Below, in pieces: positions 8,174 to 16,579 of a stretch of 20,000 nucleotides of DNA (positions are counted from its first letter, which is position 1; each line of letters starts with the position of its first letter). Origin of the DNA: Myxococcota bacterium (GTDB lineage Bacteria; Myxococcota_C; UBA6777); contig JAKLKB010000009.1 in assembly GCA_023150835.1 (NCBI GenBank), positions 61,976 to 81,975 of the forward strand. The letters run 5' to 3'. The notes under the pieces were generated by a model that worked only from the letters and a program-made list of their open reading frames with translations, was not told where the DNA came from and made no database searches. The translations under genes and the position numbers were made by a program.

Positions 8174-10798
8174 ATGGCGAGCAAAGATGTCCAATCGTGG
8201 ATCGGGCATATCATCAAAGACACCTACCGAATTGACGGACCCTTGGGCGAAGGCGGACAATCGGTTGTTTATCGCGGCATCGATATCATGATGGGGATGC
8301 CCGTCGCGATCAAACACTTCAAGCGCTTCTCCAAAGGTGTCGAAAACAACTCCGAACGCTTTCTGCGCGAAGCCCAAACCCAAGCCAAACTCGTCCACCA
8401 AAACATCGTCGGTATCCGCTCCATTCACTCGGAGATCCCCGAAGACGCCACCAACGAAGACGACAAAGAGTATTTCATCGTGATGGAGTTCGTCGATGGC
8501 GGAAGTCTCGTGGACATGATCGAATCCGCAAACCGCCAAGAACCCGCAACCGAAGAAATCGGACGGATCTTTGAACAGATCCTTGATGGACTTGGTTTTG
8601 CCCATCGCAAGGGCGTTTTGCACCGCGACGTCAAACCCTCGAATATCCTTCTCACCGAAGATCGCCAAGTCAAACTCGCAGACTTTGGCCTTGCGCGTGT
8701 ATTAGAAGCCAAACGCTTGACGCAAACGGGCTTGGTCCTTGGAACTCCTGCTTACATCGCCCCCGAACAAATCGATGGCAGCGGCGATATCGATCACCGT
8801 TGCGATATCTACAGCGTCGGCGTGATGTTGTACGAAGTCTTTTGCGGCCACCCACCTTTTCAAAAGCCGGGCGAAAACCTCGCTCCCTTCGAACTGATGG
8901 GACGTCACCTCTTTATGGAACCGCCCTCGCTGATCGAGATGGGAATCCCCATCCCCCAAGACCTCGAAGACGTGATCATGAAAGGACTCGCCAAACGCGC
9001 CGACGATCGCTTCGCCGATTGCAAGCAGTTTCGCGACGCCCTCGGCCAAGCCGTACGTGGAGAACCCTCCACCATCTCGATCGTTCGCTCTGGAGCCGAC
9101 CTCGACACACTCAACGCTCCAACTTCCCTTGCATCCGACACTTCCAAAGATCGGCCTCTCGCACCCTCCTCTTCGATCGAGTCCCCAAACAGCCCGCACA
9201 CCATCCCTCGCAACCACCCCGAATCCTCAAGCAGCCACTCCGTCGCTTACGCCAATCACCCCGTTCCTTCCGCTACTTCTGCTTTTGGAAACGCCAATCA
9301 CCCCGTTCCTTCCGCTACTTCTGCTTTTGGAAACGCCAATCACCCCGTTCCTTCCGCTACTTCTGCTTTTGGAAACACCAATCAACCCCTTCATTCCGCC
9401 CCCAACGCGCTCACCGCCGCTCCCTCCGCGACCCTGCCGCAATCGGGAACCTTGCCCACGCTCACCCCCCTCCACGACCTTCCCCCTCGTCCTCCCCACC
9501 TCTCCTCGCGCTCTTCGGGGATCCTTGCCGTCTCCCCCGCCGATCTCTCGAACCTCAAACCCCGACCCGACTCTTCGCAAACCCTCAGCCCACCGTCGTT
9601 TCCCACCAAGCAGCCCGAACATGCCGAAAAAACAGTCGTCCAAATGGCCGTCGATCCATCTCATCTACGCGATGACACCGACGCTTTCACTCGACAAGAT
9701 GACGTCGACTACTCCATGCAAACTGTCATCCAAGAAGGCATCCCCTTTGCCCGTTGGGAAGAAGAAGACCGACAAGCCAAGGCCCAGCCCACCGACGATC
9801 GCAACCCCTACGATACCTTCCCCGAGGGCCTACGCGCTCCCGCTGATGCGGTCGAACGCAGCCGCGAGATGCTCTCGCGCAGCCGCTCCCGCCGCTCTTC
9901 CCAACGCGCCACCTCGATGGTTCCTTTTGCGCTGCTTTTGTTTGCCGCCATCATGCTGATCGGGATCTGGTGGTTTTTCTATGGCCGCGATCAGATCCAC
10001 GCCCCCTCCCCAAACCCAACCCAGCACTATCCAAAAAAGCTCCCCGATGTCACCATGCAATCGGTCCCTTCGGGCTTTTTCTACCAAGGCCACGATCACA
10101 CTCCGCCCCACGAACGCCCCCCCGACCACAGCCCACAACGCAAGATCCGCCTCCCTGCTTTTTGGCTTGACACCTTCGAAGTGACCGTCGCTCAATACGC
10201 CCATTGCATCAAAGCAAAATCCTGTAGCGAACCTCCCGACTTTGCTTCTCAACAAGCCATGCCCTACGCCCCTGTTGTTTCGGTCTCTTGGGGAGATGCG
10301 CGGCGCTTTTGCGCTTGGAACCAAAAACGCCTCCCCACCGAGGCCGAGTGGGAAAAAGCCGCTCGCGGCGGCATACATCCCGAAAAACCCGCCTCCAAGA
10401 TGCCGCCGCTCCCCTCCTTTAATCCCAAACAACCCTACCCTTGGGGCCTATCGGCTCCTGATTGTAGCCGCGCCCGCATCTCTGGCTGTGAACCCCCTTC
10501 TCCCCTCATGGTCGCCAAAAATTTCCGCATCTCAGGACGCAGCCCCTACGGACTCTACGATATGATCGGCAACGTCCGAGAATGGGTCGAAGACTGCTAC
10601 GTCCAACGCGCTTATGCCCCCGAACATGGCCGCCTTGTCTATACAGAGGGCTGCCAAAACCCCAACAAACGCATTGTGCGCGGTGGTTCCTTCAAAAGCT
10701 CACACTCCAAACTCACCGTCTATTCGCGTGGATGGGCTTGGAGTATCTCCGGGCAAAAAGATATCGGCTTTCGCTGCGCTTGGTCTCCCAACCCATAA
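8174..10798 (+). CDS. Membrane Ser/Thr protein kinase with Pro/Ser-rich linker, one TM helix and C-terminal FGE/SUMF1-like domain
   Basis: LGEGGQSVVY, AIK, HRDVKPSN, DFG, GTPAYIAPE; TM segment VPFALLLFAAIMLIGIWWFFY; RLPTEAEWEKAARGG, SPYGLYDMIGNVREW, RGGSF, GFRCA. Confidence 0.95.
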   Translation: MASKDVQSWIGHIIKDTYRIDGPLGEGGQSVVYRGIDIMMGMPVAIKHFKRFSKGVENNSERFLREAQTQAKLVHQNIVGIRSIHSEIPEDATNEDDKEYFIVMEFVDGGSLVDMIESANRQEPATEEIGRIFEQILDGLGFAHRKGVLHRDVKPSNILLTEDRQVKLADFGLARVLEAKRLTQTGLVLGTPAYIAPEQIDGSGDIDHRCDIYSVGVMLYEVFCGHPPFQKPGENLAPFELMGRHLFMEPPSLIEMGIPIPQDLEDVIMKGLAKRADDRFADCKQFRDALGQAVRGEPSTISIVRSGADLDTLNAPTSLASDTSKDRPLAPSSSIESPNSPHTIPRNHPESSSSHSVAYANHPVPSATSAFGNANHPVPSATSAFGNANHPVPSATSAFGNTNQPLHSAPNALTAAPSATLPQSGTLPTLTPLHDLPPRPPHLSSRSSGILAVSPADLSNLKPRPDSSQTLSPPSFPTKQPEHAEKTVVQMAVDPSHLRDDTDAFTRQDDVDYSMQTVIQEGIPFARWEEEDRQAKAQPTDDRNPYDTFPEGLRAPADAVERSREMLSRSRSRRSSQRATSMVPFALLLFAAIMLIGIWWFFYGRDQIHAPSPNPTQHYPKKLPDVTMQSVPSGFFYQGHDHTPPHERPPDHSPQRKIRLPAFWLDTFEVTVAQYAHCIKAKSCSEPPDFASQQAMPYAPVVSVSWGDARRFCAWNQKRLPTEAEWEKAARGGIHPEKPASKMPPLPSFNPKQPYPWGLSAPDCSRARISGCEPPSPLMVAKNFRISGRSPYGLYDMIGNVREWVEDCYVQRAYAPEHGRLVYTEGCQNPNKRIVRGGSFKSSHSKLTVYSRGWAWSISGQKDIGFRCAWSPNP
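9249..9384 (+). repeat. Intragenic tandem repeat, 3 exact x 42 bp plus a partial unit (ANHPVPSATSAFGN)
   Basis: Identical units start at 9249, 9291 and 9333; a partial unit starts at 9375. Confidence 0.95.
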
Positions 10799-11013
10799 CC
10801 TCCAACCCCCATCCCTCCGCGATCTTACCTCCTCCCTCTCTCTCTTCGCAACGCTTCTTTCCACAATCCATATCCGATCTGATATGCCTCGATCCCCCGT
10901 CCTCCCGTGATCTCCAAACCACTCGTCTTGACAGCACCCCTGCAACCGCTATCCTACCAACCATGTCTGCCAACCCAAGGCTTTTCGCACTTCTCTCGTG
11001 TGTAGAGGGACTT

Positions 11014-11973
11014 ATGACGAATACAGAGAACGCTACCACCGCCGCCGATGAAAAATTGATCGCTCGCCTTAGTGGACGAATCCTCAACCAACGCTACCGT
11101 CTGATGGAACCCATCGCCATCGGCGGCATGGCCATCGTCTTTAAAGCACGACACGAAGAACTCGGTGACCTTTGTGCCGTCAAGATCATCCGCGAAAGCG
11201 AAGCCTCCCGCGAAAAACTACTCCAGCGCTTCCGCCGCGAAGCCCAAGTCACCCGCTACCTCGCTCAAAGCACACCCTACATCATCTCCATCTACGACTT
11301 TGGCGCAGAAGCCGATATCGGCTTCTTTTATGTCATGGAGCTGCTCAACGGCAAACCCCTCAGCGCCCTTCTCAAAGTCCCCCAAATGCCGCCACCCTAT
11401 CTCTGGAGTTGCCGCATATTCGCCAATCTCTGCGAGGCCCTCGCCGTCGTCCACCAAGCCGGCCTTGTCCACCGCGATATCAAGTCCGAAAACGTCTTCC
11501 TCCACAAAACCCCCGACAACCGCGAGATCGTCAAACTGCTCGACTTTGGACTCGTTCGCCCGATCTTCCACCAAGAAGCCGCCCTCACCACTTATGGCCG
11601 TGTCATGGGAACCCCCGAATACATGTCCCCCGAACAATGTCGCGGCCCGAGCAAAGAACAATTCGCCCAAGGCATCAATCACCTAGACGGACGCTCCGAT
11701 ATTTATTCCCTTGGCGTTCTATTTTACCAATCCCTCACAGGCACCGTACCCTTTCCGATGGCCAACCACGGCGAGAGCGGCATCACCCAAGTCATGGCCG
11801 GCCACGTCCAGCGCATCCCCACGCCCCCCGCTGAAAAACGACCTGACCTCCACATCCCACAAACGCTCTCCGATGTTGTGATGCGCGCCCTTGAGAAAAA
11901 ACCCGAAGCACGCTTCCAAACCATGCTCGGGTTTCGCAACGCTCTCCTCGCAAGTGTGGGGATGAGTCCCTAA
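11014..11973 (+). CDS. Stand-alone cytoplasmic Ser/Thr protein kinase (~319 aa)
   Basis: IAIGGMAIV, AVK, HRDIKSEN, DFG, GTPEYMSPE, DIYSLG. ATG 11014 follows GAGGGA. The longer ORF from 10582 overlaps the previous gene. Confidence 0.93.
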   Translation: MTNTENATTAADEKLIARLSGRILNQRYRLMEPIAIGGMAIVFKARHEELGDLCAVKIIRESEASREKLLQRFRREAQVTRYLAQSTPYIISIYDFGAEADIGFFYVMELLNGKPLSALLKVPQMPPPYLWSCRIFANLCEALAVVHQAGLVHRDIKSENVFLHKTPDNREIVKLLDFGLVRPIFHQEAALTTYGRVMGTPEYMSPEQCRGPSKEQFAQGINHLDGRSDIYSLGVLFYQSLTGTVPFPMANHGESGITQVMAGHVQRIPTPPAEKRPDLHIPQTLSDVVMRALEKKPEARFQTMLGFRNALLASVGMSP

Positions 11974-12001
11974 ACCCCTTCACATAAAGGAACTCGCGAC
12001 G

Positions 12002-12406
12002 ATGCAACGCATGATTCGACAACTTTGGCTCGCTTGTGTTTCGTTCCTTTTTCTTCTCTTTCCTGCGTTGTTTGCGCCGCTCGGTTCATCCCCAACGCCC
12101 GCACTATCCGCTGCCTTGATGCCATCCACCGCTTACGCAGCCCCACGCGCCCGACGCACCAAGAAAAAAACCTGCCCCAAAAAAGACCGCGTCTGCAAGC
12201 GCGTCCGACGCTGTAAACGCGTCTACTCCTGCTTCCAAAACGGCAAGCTCTCCAATTGCAGTCAAAAACAAGTCTGCGAGATCACCCGCGATTGCCCCTC
12301 CTGCCGCCCTTACACCCTCTGCAAGATCATCGAAACCTGCGAACGCCGCCGCCTTTGCCTCTGGCGTACAGAATGCCCCAAGATCCGCGTTTGTCATTGC
12401 CCCTAA
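12002..12406 (+). CDS. Secreted cationic cysteine-rich protein with CX5C periodicity
   Basis: AAGGA RBS, hydrophobic signal region, AYA-A cleavage-like site, and 14 regularly spaced Cys in the mature part. Starts 28 bp after the kinase stop. Confidence 0.8.
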   Translation: MQRMIRQLWLACVSFLFLLFPALFAPLGSSPTPALSAALMPSTAYAAPRARRTKKKTCPKKDRVCKRVRRCKRVYSCFQNGKLSNCSQKQVCEITRDCPSCRPYTLCKIIETCERRRLCLWRTECPKIRVCHCP

Positions 12407-12430
12407 AGATTTCTCCCAGAAAACACATCG

Positions 12431-12728
12431 TACGAAATCCGCCCATTGTGTGATCGTAAAAATGTAGGGGCTGCCTCCTGTGCATTTGCTCCAACGAATA
12501 CGAAATCCGCCCATTGTGTGATCGTAAAACGTAGGGGCAGCCCCCTGTGGCTGCCCTATAATCGGGCGTCTACGTACTCTCCTTTGTGGATACATCACTC
12601 GGATATCGTATCATACGAAATCCGCCCATTGTGTGATCGTAAAACGTAGGGGCAGCCCCCTGTGGCTGCCCTATAATCGGGCGTTTACGCGCTCTCCTTT
12701 GTGGATACATCACTCGGATATCGTATCA
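12431..12728 (+). repeat. Tandem array of the 115-bp TIR-bounded GTAG-REP element (one partial + two full units); MITE/REPIN-like
   Basis: Units start at 12431 (partial), 12499 and 12614, and the full units differ at 3 positions. Ends TACGAAATCCG / CGGATATCGTA are 10/11 inverted. Internal GTAG is followed by the GGGCAGCC-CCCTGT-GGCTGCCC hairpin. Confidence 0.92.
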
Positions 12729-12837
12729 CATCTGTCCCATCCGCCACCCCTTTTTTCTAAACGAGGTTCGCTTTTGGATGCCTTGCGTGTCATGACGAGT
12801 GGATCACCCACAACGAAAGGACGCGGAGCGCAACAAC

Positions 12838-13299
12838 GTGTCTATCGAACAAGAACATCTCAGCCGCTATCTTGAAGTCATCTACCTTCGATGCCTTCGA
12901 ATACTCCGCGATCCCGATCTTGCAAAAGACGCGATGCAGGACGTGTTTGCTTCTTTTTACGAGCGTCTCCAAAAAGAAACCATCCACAAACCACTCCATT
13001 ATCTTTATCGCTCCAGCACCAACCACTGCCTCAACTTGCTGCGCCGTCATCGTCGAATGCTGCTTTTCGAGCAGATCGCCGATCAGCCTTTTCTCGAACC
13101 CTCCGCAGATGCCGGCATCTTGGTGGACGAGATCACCCGAGAACTCGGCGAAGAAGCCATACAACTGATGATCTATCGGCACGTCGATCAAATGACCTAC
13201 GAAGAGATCGCCGAGATCTTTTCGTGCAGCGACCGCGCCATCAAAAAACGCATCGATCGGCTCCACACCAAAGCCCAAGATTACGCGAGGCTTTCATGA
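12838..13299 (+). CDS. ECF-type RNA polymerase sigma factor
   Basis: Region 2 (LRILRDPDLAKDAMQDVF...YLYRSSTNHCLNLLRR) and region 4 (MTYEEIAEIF..SDRAIKKRI). Likely GTG start at 12838 after GGAG. Confidence 0.92.
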   Translation: MSIEQEHLSRYLEVIYLRCLRILRDPDLAKDAMQDVFASFYERLQKETIHKPLHYLYRSSTNHCLNLLRRHRRMLLFEQIADQPFLEPSADAGILVDEITRELGEEAIQLMIYRHVDQMTYEEIAEIFSCSDRAIKKRIDRLHTKAQDYARLS

Positions 13300-14477
13300 C
13301 ACACAAACACCACCCCCCTTGCCCCTCTCCTTACCATCTGGACCGCCTTCACACAGGCGAGGCCACAGCCTCCGAACAACGGGCCTTTCGCGAGCATCTC
13401 TCCTACTGCCCCGCTTGCCAAGCCCACATCGAAAAACGCCAACAGCAGATCGCTCAACTCCACAGCATACCCCTGTTTCAAACGCTCCTTCAACAAGGAC
13501 TCGCCCTCTCCACTCCCCCTCATTCCGCGCTCTCGCGAACAAAGACCTCCCACGCCCCCCATACAAGCCCAATCCCCCACACCCTACCCGCTCACTCAGC
13601 CTCACCCACTCAGCCTTCTTCGCCCTCAAAAACACAGACCTCCACAAAACCGCCAACACAGACCTCCACAAAGACGCATACTCCGAGCTTTTGGCGATGG
13701 TCTTGGCTCAGACGGACCGCAAGCGGAACCGCCCTTGCAATGGCTGCATTCCTTCTGCTTCTTCGCTTCGATCTGACCCAGCTATCCGCCCCCATCGCAC
13801 CTCCCCAATCGATCTCCAAACAACCCTCGCAAATGCCCAAGCCTTCGCCACTATCGACCACCCCATCACAAATGCCCAAGCCTTCGCCATCCTCGACCAC
13901 CCCATCACAAATGCCCAAGCCTTCGCCATCCTCGACCACCCCATCACAAATGCCCAAGCCTTCGCCATCCTCGACCACCCCATCACAAACGCCCAAGGGA
14001 AAGCCCACAACCCCCAAAGGAAAAGCCCCGACATTCCGAATGTTGTACTTTTCCAAAGGCAGTCAACACAGCCAGTACGCTCGCAACGGGCAAGTTCTTT
14101 TTGCAGGGGACTTGATCCAGTTTACAGCGGATACACCGCACGATCTGCACGCGATGATCTTGTCCGTCAACGCACAAGGCCAAACCAACGTGGTTATCCC
14201 TTACACAGGCAGCCAAAGTCGAAAGATCCAAGCAGGCACACAACGCCTTCCGTCTCGATCCTCTTTGGAACTTGACGACGAACGGGGACTTGAGGCTTAT
14301 CTGTTCTTGACCTCGCAAACGCCCTTCGATGCACAACAAGCCAAACAGGCCGTCACGCAGGCTTTTGCACGCGCAAGCCGCGATCTGCTGCGCCTTGAGA
14401 TCCGCTCCACTCTCTTTCAAACACAGATCTTCTTGATCCAAAAACAAGCACACACCACGATGCCACCCCCACGATGA
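13296..14477 (+). CDS. Zinc-finger (HxxxCxxC) transmembrane anti-sigma factor with Pro/Ser/Thr linker and C-terminal DUF4384-like beta domain
   Basis: ATGA overlap with the sigma stop; HLSYCPAC; TM segment GTALAMAAFLLLL; C-terminal LFAGDLIQF...ILSVNAQG...SLELDDERGLE. The DUF4384 call is by recognition only. Confidence 0.82.
   Translation: MTHKHHPPCPSPYHLDRLHTGEATASEQRAFREHLSYCPACQAHIEKRQQQIAQLHSIPLFQTLLQQGLALSTPPHSALSRTKTSHAPHTSPIPHTLPAHSASPTQPSSPSKTQTSTKPPTQTSTKTHTPSFWRWSWLRRTASGTALAMAAFLLLLRFDLTQLSAPIAPPQSISKQPSQMPKPSPLSTTPSQMPKPSPSSTTPSQMPKPSPSSTTPSQMPKPSPSSTTPSQTPKGKPTTPKGKAPTFRMLYFSKGSQHSQYARNGQVLFAGDLIQFTADTPHDLHAMILSVNAQGQTNVVIPYTGSQSRKIQAGTQRLPSRSSLELDDERGLEAYLFLTSQTPFDAQQAKQAVTQAFARASRDLLRLEIRSTLFQTQIFLIQKQAHTTMPPPR
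13830..13997 (+). repeat. Intragenic tandem repeat, 4 x 39 bp plus a partial unit (QMPKPSPSSTTPS)
   Basis: Units start at 13830, 13869, 13908 and 13947; a partial unit starts at 13986. Confidence 0.95.
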
Positions 14478-14493
14478 GGAGTACCAAAAGATC

Positions 14494-16116
14494 ATGACCA
14501 TCAAATACGCCGCATGGTGGGCCGTTTTCGTTTGCATCCTCCACTGGTTTGCCCATCACGCAGCGCACGCTGCCCCCCCTGAAACGCTCCCACCCACCGC
14601 CCAACGCTTGGCTCTGCTCGTCGGAAACCAGCTTGGATGGAAAGACGATCCCCGCCTACGCTACGTCCTTACAGGCGATCTCCGCCCTCTCGCCACACGC
14701 CTGCGCTCCCTCGGCTTTCACGTCCTCACCTTGGAAGATCAAGACGCTCCCGCCCTACGCACCGCCCTCCAACACGTCCACTCCCTCGCACAACACAACA
14801 AACAGATCGACACCTTCCTCTTTTATTATTCCGGCCACGCCGATCAACACACCCTCCACCTCGGACCCCGATCCCCCCACGCCTTCACCCACAACGAATT
14901 CTCCCGCGCTTTCGGAAGTCTCCCCATCACACGCCGCATCGCGATCTTCGATGCCTGCTATAGCGGCGAGATCATCCGAAAGTTTGGTGATCTCCACCGC
15001 TACCGCTCTTTTTTGCGCGTCGCTCGCTCCAAAGGTATCCGCCGACGCCGCATGATCGACCTCCATCCCTTGATGATGCCCCAAAAAGGCCACGAACGCG
15101 GTATCCGCATCTTGGCCTCCAGCCTCGAACTCTCTTGGGAAGTCCAACGCTACCGCGCTTCCACCTTTACGCATCATCTTTTACAAGGATTACAGGGAAA
15201 AGCCGATCTCAATCACGATGGAAAGATTACCCTCGACGAACTCTTTGACTACACCAGCCAGCAAGTCTCCCAAGAAACCGGCCAAAAACCCCAACAGTTG
15301 GTGCTTTTGGAACGCGAAGAGCCTTACGCCATCGCTCCCGCCTATCGTGCCCAATTGCACATCGGACCCGATGTGATCGGGCACCTCAAAGTCGCTGTCT
15401 CCAACTTTGTTTGGGTCCAACAAAAAAACACTCGCCACGCTTTGCGCCTCGCTGTCGTCGATGGCGAAGGCTCCGTCTTTTTAAAACGCAAGGGCCAATG
15501 CTTCCACCAAAAGATCCGCGTCCCCAAAGGCCAAGAAGTCGCGCTTAGCTCACAATGGACCTCCGTCCAATGTCAAAGCGATATCCGCCATCGCAAGGGC
15601 ATCTTGGAGCTTCCCGCCATGCCCTACCAAGAAGACACCACCGACAACGGCTTTTCTGTCGCCTTGATCGGCTCCCTTGGTGGATACAAACTCGAAGCCT
15701 TTCAACTCTTTCAAGGCGGAGCAGCCATCCATCTGCGATTTTTCGATCTGTTTGGCGCGGGTGTGTGGGTCTCCCATAGCCAGCCTCACGAACGCTCTTT
15801 TGCTTTGACACACATCCTCTTTCGCCCTGAGATCGGCCTCCATCACACGATCCTCACCTCTGACTCACGCCTGAAACTCTTCTTTGGCTTTCATGCCCTC
15901 GCAGGCGTCACCCTTCAACACAGCAGCGAGATCGCCACCCCGATCGCCGCCCTCACCCTCGGCGGTGGCGTCCACTTCGATCTCTCGTGGTGGTTCTCCC
16001 GCCACGTCGGCGCACGCATCGGCCTCCAAGGCCAACTCCGCCACACCCCCATCGTCCAAGGCAGCCCCCTCACCTTCCAAGGCGGCTTCCATCTCGCCCT
16101 TCTCTTCGGCTCCTGA
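14494..16116 (+). CDS. Secreted caspase-family (peptidase C14) protein with C-terminal outer-membrane beta-barrel-like region
   Basis: Signal peptide (AHA-A), RLALLVGN, catalytic His in FYYSGHA, catalytic Cys in FDACYSG, and DLNHDGKITLDE loop. The last ~155 aa are amphipathic Gly/aromatic strands. GAGGAG RBS, 16-bp gap after the anti-sigma gene. Confidence 0.9.
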   Translation: MTIKYAAWWAVFVCILHWFAHHAAHAAPPETLPPTAQRLALLVGNQLGWKDDPRLRYVLTGDLRPLATRLRSLGFHVLTLEDQDAPALRTALQHVHSLAQHNKQIDTFLFYYSGHADQHTLHLGPRSPHAFTHNEFSRAFGSLPITRRIAIFDACYSGEIIRKFGDLHRYRSFLRVARSKGIRRRRMIDLHPLMMPQKGHERGIRILASSLELSWEVQRYRASTFTHHLLQGLQGKADLNHDGKITLDELFDYTSQQVSQETGQKPQQLVLLEREEPYAIAPAYRAQLHIGPDVIGHLKVAVSNFVWVQQKNTRHALRLAVVDGEGSVFLKRKGQCFHQKIRVPKGQEVALSSQWTSVQCQSDIRHRKGILELPAMPYQEDTTDNGFSVALIGSLGGYKLEAFQLFQGGAAIHLRFFDLFGAGVWVSHSQPHERSFALTHILFRPEIGLHHTILTSDSRLKLFFGFHALAGVTLQHSSEIATPIAALTLGGGVHFDLSWWFSRHVGARIGLQGQLRHTPIVQGSPLTFQGGFHLALLFGS

Positions 16117-16191
16117 CCCCCCTCCTTTCTTTTCTCTTTCACTTCTCTCAGTTCTCTTCCACTCGTCTGGAAAATGACTTGGTTGGTTTTT

Positions 16192-16314
16192 TGGGGCTTT
16201 GCCCCACACCCCACAAGGGACTATCGCCCCTTGACCCCGTATTGGCGGAGTGATCAGACGTTTTTCAGACAAACATCCCTGCCGCTTGAAACAGCGCGAA
16301 CACGGGGGGGTTTG
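16192..16314 (-). repeat. ~125-nt structured dispersed repeat, copy B
   Basis: Reverse complement reads CCCCGTGTTCG...TGAAAAACGTCTG...AATACGGGGTCAAGGGGCGATAGTCCCTTGTGGGGTGTGGGGCAAAGCCCCA. Confidence 0.85.
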
Positions 16315-16487
16315 ACAACCGCTTGACTCCTGTCCGCATTTGACCCTCTTCGTGCAACGTTCTATCCAGATCACGTCCAGCGTTGTCCAAAAATTCGACG
16401 CGATCTATGAGCATCCGAAAATCGTTGCCTTGCTTTTGGACGTTACCTCTTTGTGTCCGATCGCGAACGGTGCAACAGAATAAATCA

Positions 16488-16500
16488 AATCAAGGTGTTA
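16488..16500 (+). promoter_or_regulatory. IHF binding site
   Basis: AATCAAGGTGTTA is a perfect WATCAA-N4-TTR match with an A-rich 5' flank, directly upstream of a -24/-12 motif. Confidence 0.7.
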
Positions 16501-16516
16501 TCACCAAACTCTCTTT

Positions 16517-16532
16517 CGGCACGCTACCTGCT
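16517..16532 (+). promoter_or_regulatory. Sigma54 (-24/-12) promoter
   Basis: CGGCACG-CTAC-CTGCT versus consensus TGGCACG-N4-TTGCW, with correct GG-N10-GC spacing, about 48 bp upstream of ATG 16580. Confidence 0.7.
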
Positions 16533-16579
16533 CTCCGCCAAGCCGCCTCCAACAAACGACCGAATAAAGGACCAAAACA

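Noticed and set aside
10050-10798. Active formylglycine-generating enzyme or DGR target
   Set aside because: The catalytic Cys pair expected after RGGSF is absent (RGGSFKSSHSKL). No reverse transcriptase or template repeat is seen in the window.
10582-11013. N-terminal extension of the second kinase, or a frameshift fusion with the first
   Set aside because: The first kinase ends normally after GFRCA. The extension is low-complexity and overlapping, and ATG 11014 has its own RBS.
12431-12728. CRISPR array
   Set aside because: The sequence between the recurring ~31-bp heads is itself repeated (115-bp units differing at 3 positions), so there are no unique spacers, and no cas genes are in the window.
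12891-13295. First 135 aa of the 528-aa ORF
   Set aside because: Alternative frame of the sigma gene. The ATGA-coupled start at 13296 places the zinc finger at the N-terminus.
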